From Neocallimastix sp. 'constans' (taxonomy: Eukaryota): a stretch of 64,000 nucleotides of DNA. Below are positions 24,677 to 38,950 of the stretch, one piece after another (position 1 is the stretch's first letter; every line of letters begins with the position of its first letter). Both the position numbers and the translations under genes were made by a program. The notes under the pieces are model-generated. The model was given only the letters and a program-made list of their open reading frames with translations. It ran no database searches and was not told the origin of the DNA. The stretch spans positions 682,001 to 746,000 of the forward strand of contig JBODTK010000012.1 of assembly GCA_050613775.1 (NCBI GenBank), given 5' to 3'.

Positions 24677-26484
24677 CTTTCTATTTTTTTTTATTTAATG
24701 TTTCTAAAATATAAATTTTTGTTTTTATATATTAAATTAAATACTACTATACTTTGTAATAATAATTTAAAATGTAATTTTTTGAATTTTTTTATTTAAA
24801 TTATGTATAATTATATAATATTCAAAAATAACAATAAAAAAAAAAAAAAAAAAAAAAAATTCCAATTTATATAAGTTTTGATATTTTAATTTAAATATTT
24901 AAGACATCGATTTAACAATATAATAACAAAATAGAGAATATAATTATATAAGAAAGTATATAATTAATAAGAATGAGATTTATTAAAAATAATAATAAAT
25001 AAATGTAATTTACTTTTAAACAGCATATAATAATATAAGTAATAATAATAAGAAATAATAATAAAAAAAAAATAATTAATATTTGAATTCCTTATATAAA
25101 AAAATAAAAATATAGTGTAATAGAAATAATATCGCAATATTAGTTAATAACTGATTACTCTAATTAATTGAAGATTGGCTATTTCAATCTTAAAAGATGT
25201 AACAAATAATTTTTGTTAACATATATATATAAAATTAATTTTAATAATTTTTAAATTTGAAAAATAAAATCCTTATTAAAATTTTATTACACAATTAATT
25301 AATATAGTAAATATTAAAATAAATGTACAATAATGAATTAATTATCACAATAAATATTTTAATTAATAGAATTAATTTTTTTTTTTTAAAAAATATATAT
25401 TCAGTTTTTCAAAAATCTGAATTTGAAAAGTAGTATATAAAATTTTGGAACAAATCTTTTTTTTGAGCATCGAATGAATATTAGTTGACCATGTAATTTA
25501 ATTGTTAACTAATATTTGTAAAATTTCATGAAAAAAAAATTTTTTTAATTTTTTAGATTTATTTTTATTCATGAATGATAAAAGGGAATGCATTATTTAA
25601 TAGCAGAAGAAAAGAAGTATTCTAAAAATGAAAGTATCAAAGTATTAACAAACATATTGCAAATTTATGATAATATCTAAAAGGTAAGTCCATGGTTATT
25701 ATAAGAACGTAAAAAATAAAAAAAGAAAAGACTTTATAAAAAATTATCTTTAGGACAAATAATTTTAAAGAGAATATGATTTATTAATTACTGACTACTT
25801 TATTTTAAATAATACCATTCATAATTTTTTAGTGTTTTTTATGAAAAAAAAAATTGAACTATAAAAATTAAAAAAATAAAATAATTTAACAAATTAATTA
25901 ATTTATTTGAATATTTAGAACTTTATTTAATAGAAAAAGAATTTTAAAAATTTTTTAAAAACTTGATAAACTAATAATTACTCGAAATACATTTTGCCAA
26001 GTTACATTTCCAAATTTGTATTACATTTTTAATAGATTGTGGCATATATCAATTAATATATGAATTATATATGGCTTTAAAATAATAATAAATAAATAAA
26101 TAAACAAACAAATAAATAAATTAATAATATGTTGTATTTGTAATATGGCTTATAGATAATGATTTTAACTTTAAATATTAAATAATATTTTTAACAAAAA
26201 CAATGAAATTTTATAAACATCAAAAAAAATATTTCATTTATTTATATTTATAATTATTTTAAAAAATAAATATAATAAATAATTAATATAAATAATTATT
26301 TAAATAATAAATAATAAATATTTATATATAATTTTATTTTTAAAGAAGTAATTAAGAGTTAAAACAATATATATATAATTATTTATTTTAATTATTAATA
26401 TTATATTTTTATTATAACTATAGTAATATTCATACAATGAATATTTGAAATTAATAATTGAATTTAATAATAATAATAATTAAA

Positions 26485-26562
<78 letters not shown>

Positions 26563-26569
26563 CATAATA

Positions 26570-26613
<44 letters not shown>

Positions 26614-26626
26614 CATAATCATAATC

Positions 26627-26705
<79 letters not shown>
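26485..26705. repeat. (AAT)n microsatellite
   Basis: Read directly; explains the poly-N and poly-I ORFs. Confidence 0.95.
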
Positions 26706-26707
<2 letters not shown>

Positions 26708-28089
26708 TTATGAATTTGTAAATTCATTAATAATTTTTATTATAATATGATAATAATTAAAATTGTGCTGCATTTATAATCAAATACTACTACTCATTGT
26801 TTATATTACTAAATGGTCCTATCACAAGTATTTTTATATTGCATTATTATTAAAATTAAATTATTTATAATTTCATTATTTTTTATTTTTTCATTTAAAG
26901 AAATGATTGACTCATCCAATGTTTTAATAATTGAAGCTAATTTATTATATTTTTTATTCAAAAATAACTATATATTTAAATATTATTGTTATATATATGA
27001 TAATATATATAATAGTATTATTATAAATTATTAATAATCACTTTGAATCAGTAGATATTATTAAAACTTTCAAGAAATTTCATATTTACAATTTCTTTAT
27101 TATATCTCAATGCTAAAATTAATTTTTGAGTAATTTTTATTTTATTAGTAATTAAATGTGTACAACCGGAAGTCCATGATTTGGTTATAATAGCAACTTT
27201 GGAAAATAAATATTTAAAAAGAGAAAATATTTAATTCAAAAGTTTAAGAAAAATATTAAATTTTCGTTTTACCATTTTTTATGCCAAAGCTGTCAATTCA
27301 GCTTTTTCTACAGAAAAAAACTTGAAAAATAAACTACAACTGGGATAAATTTAAGGCTTTAAAAATAAAAATAAATATAAATGTATGTACGATTCTGATT
27401 TATACATTTTATACATATATAAAATTTAAATATATTTTTAATTTTTATTCAGAAAAATAACCGAATTTTATTTTATTATTCAGTTAAAATGAATGAATCA
27501 TTAATTCTTTGTATTTTAACTGAAGTTCTGAATTTTGAATCAAGATCATTCTATTAAATTTTAATTATAATTATTTAAATAGTAAATAAAATAATAACAA
27601 ATTAATTTCAAATTTAATCTATTATTATTTTATTAATATAGAATTATATAAAATTATAATAAAATGTTTTTATTCCAATCTTTTTAATAAATACTTTTGA
27701 AGACTTTCTACTAATAGAACAATTATTTAATATTAAAATGTCTGAATCTTTTATATATAAATCATATACAACAATAAATATAATAAAAAAAAATTTAATA
27801 AAAACTTTTTTTGAAATTTTGTTATAAAAATATAGGAATGAATTTAAAGGTATTTATTTATATCTTATAATTATAAAATTTCTTTTTTTCCGACGTTTAT
27901 AAGTAATCCCACTTATTTTTTTCCTTCTGAGCAATAAGACGATCATTACTGTAAAAAAGAAATTTTCATCATAATATTTGAAATTTTCTTGGATTAGTAA
28001 GAAGAATGAGTGATACTCTTACGCCAGGGACTTTAGTAGCATCGGCAGCGTTAACTCGACTTAAAATAATGCTTTCTATCTTGTTATAT

Positions 28090-28438
28090 ATTCTTACTTT
28101 TACTTGAAATGTTGTCTATGGTAAAAAGATAGATTCCACTCCCCATGGTCGTTAGGTCGGTCAACCATTTACACCAAGCTACAAACCAATGCATGAATAT
28201 GAATTCTCTGATGTTGTTGTTTCTCTTTTTTCTATTGCCAAGGTCAACTATGATACTTGTATGGATGGCATTTATAACACTTTTTCTATCGTTTTTTAAA
28301 GTGAAACCTTAGAGAAAATACTATGGCTCATCCAGAAAACTATCCAAACCATATTATTCACGTTTCTGATTATGCTGCTAATTTTTTAAAATTAACACTA
28401 ACTTAACAAAAGAATGTACTTTCTATGAAAAGATATAA
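28090..28438 (+). pseudogene. pflB: Pyruvate formate-lyase C-terminal (glycyl-radical domain) pseudogene fragment
   Basis: ILTFT*NVVYGKKIDSTPHGR*VGQPF..PMH..SIAKVNYDTCMDGIYNTFSIV, then a deletion, then ETLE..MAHPENYPNHIIHVSDYAANFLKLT..TFYEKI*. Stops at 28105 and 28153; RVSGY has decayed to HVSDY. Confidence 0.9.
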
Positions 28439-29181
28439 ATCAATTAAAATTAATTTAGGCTAAATTTATGAATAGAAAAGATGAAAAAAAAAATTTTTTT
28501 TATAAATTAAAATTTATATAAAAATATTAATCGTTGATTTAAAGTTTAATATTCCAATAACTATTTTTAATTTTTGAAATTTATTTATTAATAATAATTA
28601 ATTAATTCTTTATTTATTAAAATGAAAAAAAAAAAAAAAAAAAAAAACTAATTTTAATTAAATATATAAAATATTATTATAAAATATTATTATAGTCATA
28701 TTTACTATAATGTAAAATATGATATGTAAATAATATATATATAATATATTAATATATTATGCCCAAATAAATTATTAAATTTTTTTTTTTTTTTTTTTTT
28801 GAAAATAAATTTTAATTTTTTATTAAAAACTAGATTTTATTTATTGATCACTATTATACCAAGTATATTTATTTGAAATTAAAGTTATAAATATAATATA
28901 TATTTATTATGAAAAAATATATATACATATATCAAATTTTAAAATTTAGGGATTATTTTATTCTAATAATTTTACTACAAAATTAAATATATTAAATATT
29001 TTAAAATAGGAATAGTGAAATAAAAAAAAAAAAAAAAAAAGTTATATCATTATTAAGTTTAAAAACTTCATTTTTTTTGTCCACATTTATTATTTGTACT
29101 GTATTTATACAAAGATGAAGATGAAGATATTGTTTCTACGTAAACTAATAAATATTGTAATGAAAATGGTAAATACCGATG

Positions 29182-29223
<42 letters not shown>

Positions 29224-29346
29224 CTGTATAAGTAGATGCTAGTCTGAATATGAATTTTTGCTTACCTTCAAATTATAATCAATGAGCTATGATCCCAATA
29301 TAAAATGTATAGGAATCATAAATTTTCATTCAATTTTATTATACTA

Positions 29347-29377
<31 letters not shown>

Positions 29378-29423
29378 TATTAAACTATTTCAATATGAAA
29401 GATTAAAGTTATCAATGCTATTA

Positions 29424-29504
<81 letters not shown>

Positions 29505-30014
29505 AAGAAGAAAATAAACAGAAAATCTAATTATTTTATGAATATATTATTATTTTTATTTATAATTACTAAATTTTCATATGTATAAAATAATGAAATT
29601 TAAATTAATTTTTATATAATTTTTTTTCTTTTTCTTTTATTTTTATTCCTTAATATTTTATATTTTAATTTAATTTTAATATTTTTCTTATTAATATAAT
29701 TTCTTTAAATATAAATAAAAATATTAAGCTAAAAAAGTTGCATAAAAAGTTAATATTCATTGAAATTAATATAATTTGCTTTAAATATAAATAACTTTAA
29801 ATATAAATAAAAATATTAAGCTAAAATAGTTGAATAAATACATACTAAGTTAATATTCATTGAAAATTAAATATATATATGTATTAACAAATATTATTAC
29901 CAAATTTTTAATATATATATTAATTATAAATAATGGTCATTGAAGTTAAAAAAAATTGAATGTTAATAAAATTAAAATAAATAATGAATAATTATAAAGT
30001 ATATTATTAAATAT

Positions 30015-30255
30015 ATAATAAATAATAAATAATAAATAATAAATAATAAATAATAAATAATAAATAATAAATAATAAATAATAAATAATAAATAATAAAT
30101 AATAATTAAAGTAAATAATAAATAATAAATAATAAATAATAAATAATAAATAATAAATAATAAATAATAAATAATAAATAATAAATAATAAATAATAAAT
30201 AATAAATAATAAATAATAAATAATAAATAATAAATAATAAATAATAAATAATAAT
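30015..30255. repeat. (AATAAAT)n microsatellite
   Basis: Same unit as 190-707. Confidence 0.9.
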
Positions 30256-30836
30256 TGAATAATAAATGATAAATAATTAAATAATAAATAGTTAATTAAT
30301 AAATAATAAATGGAGAAAATTTTTTAATTAAAAATAAAGATAAATAATATATTAACCAAAAGTTGTCATTATTTAATATTAAATATTCTTAGAAGTATAT
30401 AAAAATAAAATTTTAAATTGTAAAAATTTTGAATATTACTTATTAATCTGTTTATAAATAATAATCTTTCATAAAAATTAAAAAGAATTTATATTAATAA
30501 TATAAAAAAAAAATAAGTTTATATACGTATATATTTCGTTGATATTAGCTTTAATACATTTAATATATAAATTTTAAAATTTAATATTAAAATAGATTAA
30601 ATATTAAAAGTTAGTAATAATCTAAATTACTAATAAAAATTACCAATATTATAATTTCATAGTTTTTATAATTATTAGAAATGGATAAAATTTATAGAAT
30701 TTTTTAAAATTTTGGAAATTATTATTATTTATTATTAATTTTTTTTTTTTTTTTTAAATAAAAAAGTTTTCTTGGTAATAAAAATTTTTTTTATGATTTA
30801 TTTGATTTATAAATGAATAAATAAAGCAAAAAAAAA

Positions 30837-32600
30837 ATGACTAGCAGAAGTATAACTGAGAAGGAAATAGAATATTTAGAAAATTGTAAAAAGCAAAATA
30901 ATAATGATAATAATAATTATATTTTTAAAAATGTTTATGTAACAAATTCTGACCTTTCAGGAGAAATCCCTAAATATGAAAATTTTATTGATATTTTTGG
31001 TAAAGAAGATGCATCAAAGACATACAAATCAATAAATGTTGGAACAATGAATAAGCAATCCTCTAAAGCATTCATATTAAAAGATATTATATCTCCAAAA
31101 GTATTATATTATAGTGGAAATAAAGGGTCCCATATTCTTTATGAGAATGAAGGTTTGTATATCTTTATATTGAGAGTGAGGGAGGATTTTTTTTTTTTTT
31201 TTAAAGATGTTATTATATAATTTAATGATAATTATTAAATACTAGTTTTAAAAAAAAAATTAAAAAAGATATTCTTTAATTATTTATAAAGCAATTTATT
31301 AATATTTTATTTAATTTTTTTATTTAATTGAAATGAACTGAATTGAATTTGTTTTTTCTTTTATAAAAATAAAAAAAAAAAAGAAGACGAAAAATTATTA
31401 AAAAAGTCATCAAAAAAAAAAGAAAATTTTTTATTAATGGATGATGTTGTTAAATCATCATTAATGTTAACTATATTACCATTTGATTATGATAGTAGAA
31501 AGTATTTTTGTTCAATGTTTTTCCATATTAAAGAAAATGCTTATTTTCATAATGATCCTATAGTTCCAATATCTAAAGATTGGTATAAAGGAATATTAAG
31601 TTTTAATATGAGAATAGACAATAAACTTAAAGTGTAAGTTTGTTTAACCAATTATATGTATTATTTCGTATATATAGTAATATGTTTAATTTTAACAAAA
31701 AACAAAATATAATATTTTTAAAAAATAATACTGATATTAATATGAATTATTTATACATATTATAATTACTATTATGTTTATATAAAACCAAAACTAAAAA
31801 ATAAAACTAAAAATAAATAAATATTTTTTATATATTAGTAAAAAACATAATATTCCAACAACTCTTGAATTAAATTGGTCCTTTGATTTTAGGCCAGCAA
31901 ATGCATTAATGGAAGAATTAGATTTAGAAGTAATGCATTTTGAACATGATCCATCCATTTTTAATTCTGAAGGTATAGAATTAGATTCCATTGAATGGTA
32001 TGTTCATGTGGGATTAACTGAAGATGTTGTTACATATACTTATCAATCGACAGATTATAAAAATAAATATAAAAAAAATAATGATAATGATGAATATAAA
32101 TTGTATCGAATAAAAGACGCAGATTTTTTTAGAAAAAACAACGAAATACAAAATAAAGATACTAAAACTAATTATTTTCAAAAATATGATTCTAATAAGA
32201 AAATATTGAATGAATTAAAAAATAAGTTATGCTTTCTAAGATCAAATGGAATTAATTTTAATGATATTCCTGTTGTTCCTTTTGATGAGAATAAAAATAA
32301 TTCATTCAAATGGCAAAAAATTCCTGAAAGTAAGAAATATACTAGATATAAAAAAATAATAATAAAACAATATGAAGAAGATAACATAAATGAATTCAGA
32401 ACGAATAAAGATAGCCCTTTAAAATTTAATAGAGTTAAATTATCAAAATCAGCAAATCAACAATTTGGATTTATATTGAAAGCTGTTATCAAAGGTATAA
32501 TATTTTTTTAATAATAAAGCAATCATAAATGATTTAAATTAAAATAATAATTAATAAATATACTAACAAACAAACAAACAAAATAAAAAAAAAGCAATAA

Positions 32601-32666
<66 letters not shown>

Positions 32667-35468
32667 TTTTATAAATGAATATACATTTTAATTAAATATT
32701 AAATACAATGAATTATTGATATTCATAATTTTAATATAAATATTATTTTATATTATAATATTTTATAAATAATTAGGTATATATTATATATTATATATAT
32801 ATATTATTATTATTATTATTATTATTATTTTTATTTATATAAAATTTTAAGTTATTTTTATTGAATAAAATAATTTATAACTTTATTAAAAAAATGAATA
32901 AAAATGAATTACAATACAAATTAAATATAAAAATAAGCAAATATAAGTAGCTCTTATCTAAAAGATGAAGAAAAACTTGAGTTATTCCATTCTCCTCAAT
33001 ATAAATCAAATGATGTTAATCGTAATAATCCAAAATTTAGATTATTTGAATTCAGATGTATATTGCATAAAGATTTAAACATTGACGCTAAATTTTTAAA
33101 TAATGTTGATTATAATTATGACAACAGGGTTGTTGATTCGAATTTGAATGAAAAGTATTTAAAAAATACTTTCACAATGATATTTGAAACTGAAAAGTCA
33201 GATAATATATATAAACAAATAACCTATATAAGGGAAAAATGTAATATAAAAGAAGGTAAAATATATATAAAAAATAAAAAATAAAAATAAAAATAAAATT
33301 ATATCATAAAAATAAAACTGAAATTAATTATTGTAAATTAAAAAGATATTCACATACAAACAAAAATTTTCTTATTTATATATATATATATAATTTTAAT
33401 CATATAAATATTTTTTATTAATTAATAAATAGTAGTAAAAAATACAGATATAATAATTGATGAACAAACCAAGGAAGTAAAACTAAATTTAAATAAAATA
33501 TTGTTAATAAAAAATAGTGTTTATTTTGAAAATATTTATTCATTATTCAATGGTGATTCTTATTTTTCTGAAGTAAAAGCTAAAGAATTTAAATTAAAGA
33601 ATATCGATTGTATATCATTTTCTCAAATCTTATTTTATTGTTATAATGGATACTTTCCAAATTGTGAATTATATAATGAATACGACTGGTTAGCTATATC
33701 TATTGTAGCTAGGAGACTCATATTTCAAAAAATTGCTGGTTTTTGTGAATATAAAATAAAAGAATTAATAACAAAAGAAAATGTATATATTATATTAGAA
33801 ATAGCATCGGTATATATAAATATATATTAAAACTTTTAAATAATTATTATAAGTATTTAATAATATTAATTAATATTTACTAATACTTATTAATATTAAT
33901 TATTATTTTTAATTGCTCATAATTACTTTTTATATTATTACTATATAAATATTATTACTATATAAATATTATTATTAATAAATATTAATTTTTTTTTCTA
34001 CTATTTATTTTTTTATATGTCAATAAATTTAATATTATTATATAATATTAATATTCAAATAAAAAACCAAAAGTTATATGATTATCATATTCTAAAGAAA
34101 TATTGTTATCTGTATATATTATATTATGGAATGGAAAATGAGAATATATATTCAAGTGTAAATAAAATTATTAAACTTTTAATATAATTATTATATAATA
34201 ATTATTATGTATTATATATAAAATAATTTAATTTTTTTTTTAAGTATAAAATGAAAATTAATATTATATTTTTTTTCTTTTAATTATTATATTATTAATT
34301 ATTATTGAATTAATAGTATAGAAGTATTAGTTCTTCTAAAAATAATGATGTAATTATTGATATTGATTCAAGTAACATTAAAAAATCTGTTGAAGTTGAA
34401 ATGAAAGAGTATAATATTGATTCATTAAATAATACTGAAAATAATAATAATAATAATAATAATACTGAAAATAATAATAATAATATTAATTGGCTCACAT
34501 CGTTAAAATTAAAAACTTTCTACATAAAACAAAAATTACTTAATTTACTATTATTTTCAATTTCATATATTACATTACTTTCATTAATAAATTTCTCTCA
34601 CATAATTATTTTTCCACTTTATTTTATAACAAGTTGTATATGTATTATTAAAGTTGGTATATTTTTCGATTTCTTCTATATCTATGATCAAATATTGGAT
34701 ATCGAATTTCCTGAGAGTACATGGATAGTATTATTATTATCAATAATCAAAGATATTATTTTTCTTCTTTTAAAAGTAATAATCATTAGTGCAATAAGCA
34801 TTATATGTTTTTCATTGTGTATAATTGGATTAATAATTGATTTAGTATATTATCTCATTTATAAAGGTATTTTATTTCCAATAATTGAATCAGTAAAAAT
34901 TCATAGATTTATTAACAAAATTATTAATAATTACTATTATGGATTGAAAATTCATTTTGAACAAATTAATCATCAAAAAAAGGAAGTAGTAAATAAAAAT
35001 AAAGATGTGAAAAATTATATTATTAGTAATAATGATGTGAATTCTTCATATAATGTAAAGTCTTCAGTTTTAATAAACAGTAATGAAAATAATAATGACA
35101 ATAATATATTAAAAAAAATGGAAAATAGTTATGATTCTTCCATTTATTTTTCATCGAATTATATATTTGAAGAACTGATTAATAATAATTTAACTGAATC
35201 ACCATCTACTCCATCCATTCAAAATTTAATATATAAAGGTAATTTTGCTATATATTATAAATATTATATTGATAAAAACTTCAATAACGTCATTATTGAT
35301 ATATGGAAATATAGATTGAAAAAAATAAAAATTTTGAATATATATTTTTTGAGAATGTTATTAGAATTTCCATTACCTTTATCTTTAAAATATATATTAA
35401 AATATGGTAATGGGGAAGACCTTTCTATTCAAAACAAAATGATTATTGATTATCCATGCTTTACCTAA
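30837..35468 (+). CDS. Multi-exon gene for a BTB/POZ-domain protein with C-terminal hydrophobic helices; exons approx 30837-31152, 31384-31633, 31839-32494, 32951-33255, 33433-33809, 34074-34157, 34317-35468
   Basis: Same-strand ORF pieces bounded by GT..AG. BTB-like KILLIKNSVYF..FSE..IDCISFSQILFYCYNG..LIFQKIAGFCE..ITKENV. Several hydrophobic segments in the last exon. Some splice boundaries are ambiguous by a few nt. Confidence 0.65.
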
Positions 35469-36806
35469 TTTTTAAATTTAAAGTAAAAAATTATATAAAT
35501 ATAAATATATATCTGTATATTATACTCCTAAATTAAATATAAAATTAAAAAATTCTATTATTATTTAATTTTTTTTTTTTAATATTTATTTATTTATTAA
35601 TAAATTAATAAAGTTTATTTTATTTTATTTTATTTTATTTATTTTTTTATTTTTTATTAATGAAAATTATTAAAAATAATAAAAAAAGGAAATTATTTAT
35701 TTAAAAAATGAAATAATATTTCAATATATAATATATATATTATGATTTTTTTAAAAACAAAACAAAAAAATTAAATGTATTTAAATTTAATAATATTAAA
35801 AATAATTTATTAACAAAAATGTGAATATTAAACTTCTTGATTAAATAAAATATATATTATATATATATATTTATATATATATATATATACAAAAATAAAT
35901 AGATAAAAAAAAGCAGCAAATAAAGAAAAAAGTAAAAAAATATATTTAATAACTTCCATATTTATTTCATTATAAAGAATGAAAAATTTTTATATAATTA
36001 TAAAAGATTTTTATTTCTTAAAATTTTTATTAAAGTTTTTTATTGATACAGAAACAAAAATAATACTAATGTAAAAATTATATAATAAAATTTAAAATAT
36101 AAATTATAATATCAAATTATATTATTTTTGTTATTAATAATAAAAAAATAATAAAATAGGGGGAAAAAGTTCATTAATTTTTTTTTTTTTTTCAATAGAA
36201 TAATTAATTATAAGGATTAAAAAAAATTAGATAATTAAATTGGTATTTAATGATTTTTAAATCTTTAAATATTATTAATTTTTAATTAAATTATAAAATT
36301 ATAAATTATCAATTGTAAAAGTATTTATAATAAAATTATTGTTTAAACTTTAATTATTATTAAAGCTTCAAATTATATTTATTATGAACCAATAAATATT
36401 TTATTGGCTATAATTTTTTTTTTTTTTTAATAATTGTATTAAAGTAAAGTATTATTTATTTCCATTCAGAAAAACCAAAAAATTTTAAACTTTAATTTGG
36501 TTGAAATTTGTTATAATTGACAAAGAAATTTTTTAAAATAAATAGAATATTAATAATTCATCATAATTGTTGTTTTATTTAGTTATATATCATGTATTTT
36601 ATTTTTATAATTATAAATTTAAATAATATATATATCAAAAAAGAAAAAAGATATAAAAATAAGGTAAAAATCTCCACTTTATTTTTTTTTTTTTTTCTTC
36701 GAAATATTAAATTTTAGTAATATCATTAGAACAAGAAATTAAATTAAAAACAAAAATAGAAATAATAATAAAACAAAAAAATATTAGTAGTAATTAATAA
36801 ATTCAA

Positions 36807-37975
36807 ATGTTATCAAAAATTAATTTAAAGTATATAACTCTTTCAGCTTTATTAATAAGTTCAATAGTAGCTAAAAAAGCAAAAATTTATAACAAATGTT
36901 TAAAACCTGGACAATTTGTTTTAACTTGTAAGTATTTATTATTGATTTCAAAAATATTAAAAAAATAATATATATATATATAAAGATATAAAGAAAAATT
37001 ATTTTAATATATTAAATACATTAATAATTTTAATATATATATTTAAATTCATAAAAAAATAATAATATAAAAAAAAAAAAATGAAAATGAATAAATAATA
37101 AATATATAGTTGATGATGGACCAAATCCAGAAACTACACCAATTGCTTTAGAAGTTCTAAAAAAATATAATATTAAGGGTACTTTCTTTATTAATGCTCA
37201 TAATTGGAGTGATCTTGATAATGATCCATCCGCCGTAGAAGTAATAAGAAAGACTTTTGAAGCAGGACATGATATTGGTTCCCACACCTATAATCATAAA
37301 GATTTATTCTCTGCTATCGAAGAAGGCACCATGAAAGAAAATGTTGATGATATGACCGATAAAATTGAAAGTATTATTGGTCTTAAACCAGCCTACTTTA
37401 GACCACCAAGTGGTAATGGTGCTTACATAGAAAGTGATCCACATAAGCGAGATATGTCTGATAAGATTCAAGAATATTTAGGAGAACGCGGATATAGTAT
37501 CATTATGTGGGCAACTGATACTAGAGATTGGCAATATAAGGAAGATGTTGATAAAGTAATTGAAACCATGAATGAACAACTTTCCGATCCTAATGTTTCA
37601 CCAAAAACTCACAGTTTTATTACATTACTTCATGATGTTCATGCTACCACAGTTAATCTTGTTCTTCCAGCTGTGATTGAATATGTTCAAAGCCTTGGAT
37701 ACACATTTGTTTCACTATCTGAATGTATTGGTATCTCACCATACCAAGGAGTTAGTATAGGTACTAACGATCAAAGTAATTTAAATAATGGAGAAAATGA
37801 AAACAACTCCACAAACAATAATAATAATAATAATAATAATTCAACATCAAATGATTCAGCAATAAAAACTGATATCAAACCAATAAATAATAGTAACAAT
37901 ACTTCTGATGCTATTACCCTTAATTACAGTTTCTTCCTCAGTATTATTGCTGCTATTTTATCTTTAATATTTTAA
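36807..37975 (+). CDS. CE4 (NodB) chitin/polysaccharide deacetylase 1, secreted, probable GPI anchor; exons 36807-36927 and 37110-37975 (~328 aa)
   Basis: Signal peptide MLSKINLKYITLSALLISSIVA; splicing restores LTFDDGP; HDIGSHTYNH, YFRPP, DTRDW, LLHD; hydrophobic C-terminus. Confidence 0.92.
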
Positions 37976-38477
37976 TTAAATAGTAAAAAATTGTATTTTA
38001 TTATTAATAAAATAAAAAAAAAAAAAAAAATAGATTTTTCAAATAGAAAAATATTAAAAAATAAATATCGTTTGAAAGAAATGTATCAATTAAAAATATT
38101 TTCTTTTTTTTTTTTTAAAAAAAAAAAAAGGAAATTCTATACCTATTTATTAATATATAGACATAAACTAAATTGAGTGATAATATCAATACATATAATA
38201 TATATAATATAAATATATATATTTATATTATATATATTAGTATTTAAATAAAGAGTATTTAAAAATTAAATATGTTTTAAAAATGGAACATTTTAAATTT
38301 TTATAATTATATATAATTTTAATAATATAATAAAATAATTAATTATATGTCATATTTTTACATAAATATAAGTGTAAAATTATTAAATTTCCAATTATTA
38401 TTTTTGTTAATATTTTAAATATTTTTAATTAACATCTAATATATAAACTTAATTAAACCACTTACATCGTAGGTGGT

Positions 38478-38950
38478 TTAGTATAGGTCATTGAGAAAAA
38501 CATCAAATGCAAAATATTTATGAATTTTTTTAATAGCAATATAGAAATATTAAATACCTTTTCAATAAAATTAAGATTATATGACTTTATTTTATTGAAA
38601 AGGTATTTAATATTTCAAGTATAATAATATTATTTTAGTATAGGTCATTGAGAAAAACATCAAATGCAAAATATTTATGAATTTTTTTAATAGCAATATA
38701 GAAATATTAAATACCTTTTCAATAAAATTAAAATTATATGACTTTATTTTATTGAAAAGGTATTTAATATTTCAAGTATAATAATATTATTTTAGTATAG
38801 GTCATTGAGAAAAACATCAAATGCAAAATATTTATGAATTTTTTTAATAGCAATATAGAAATATTAAATACCTTTTCAATAAAATTAAGATTATATGACT
38901 TTATTTTATTGAAAAGGTATTTAATATTTCAAGTATAATAATATTATTTT
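38478..38950. repeat. 3 x 157-bp tandem repeat, each unit containing a perfect 28-bp hairpin
   Basis: GTATAGGTCA recurs at 38481, 38638 and 38795. Arm GAAATATTAAATACCTTTTCAATAAAAT at 38544-38571 pairs with 38589-38616. Confidence 0.93.

Noticed and set aside
25430..25760. Slightly GC-richer, coding-like patch (also 9400-9560 and 29090-29330)
   Set aside because: No recognisable motif in any frame.
27150..28085. Possible minus-strand LINE remnants (KSWTSGC; SRVNAADAT) adjoining the PFL fragment
   Set aside because: Matches are too short and their order is inconsistent with a single element.
38478..38950. CRISPR-like array
   Set aside because: Whole units are identical with no unique spacers; eukaryotic context; no cas genes.
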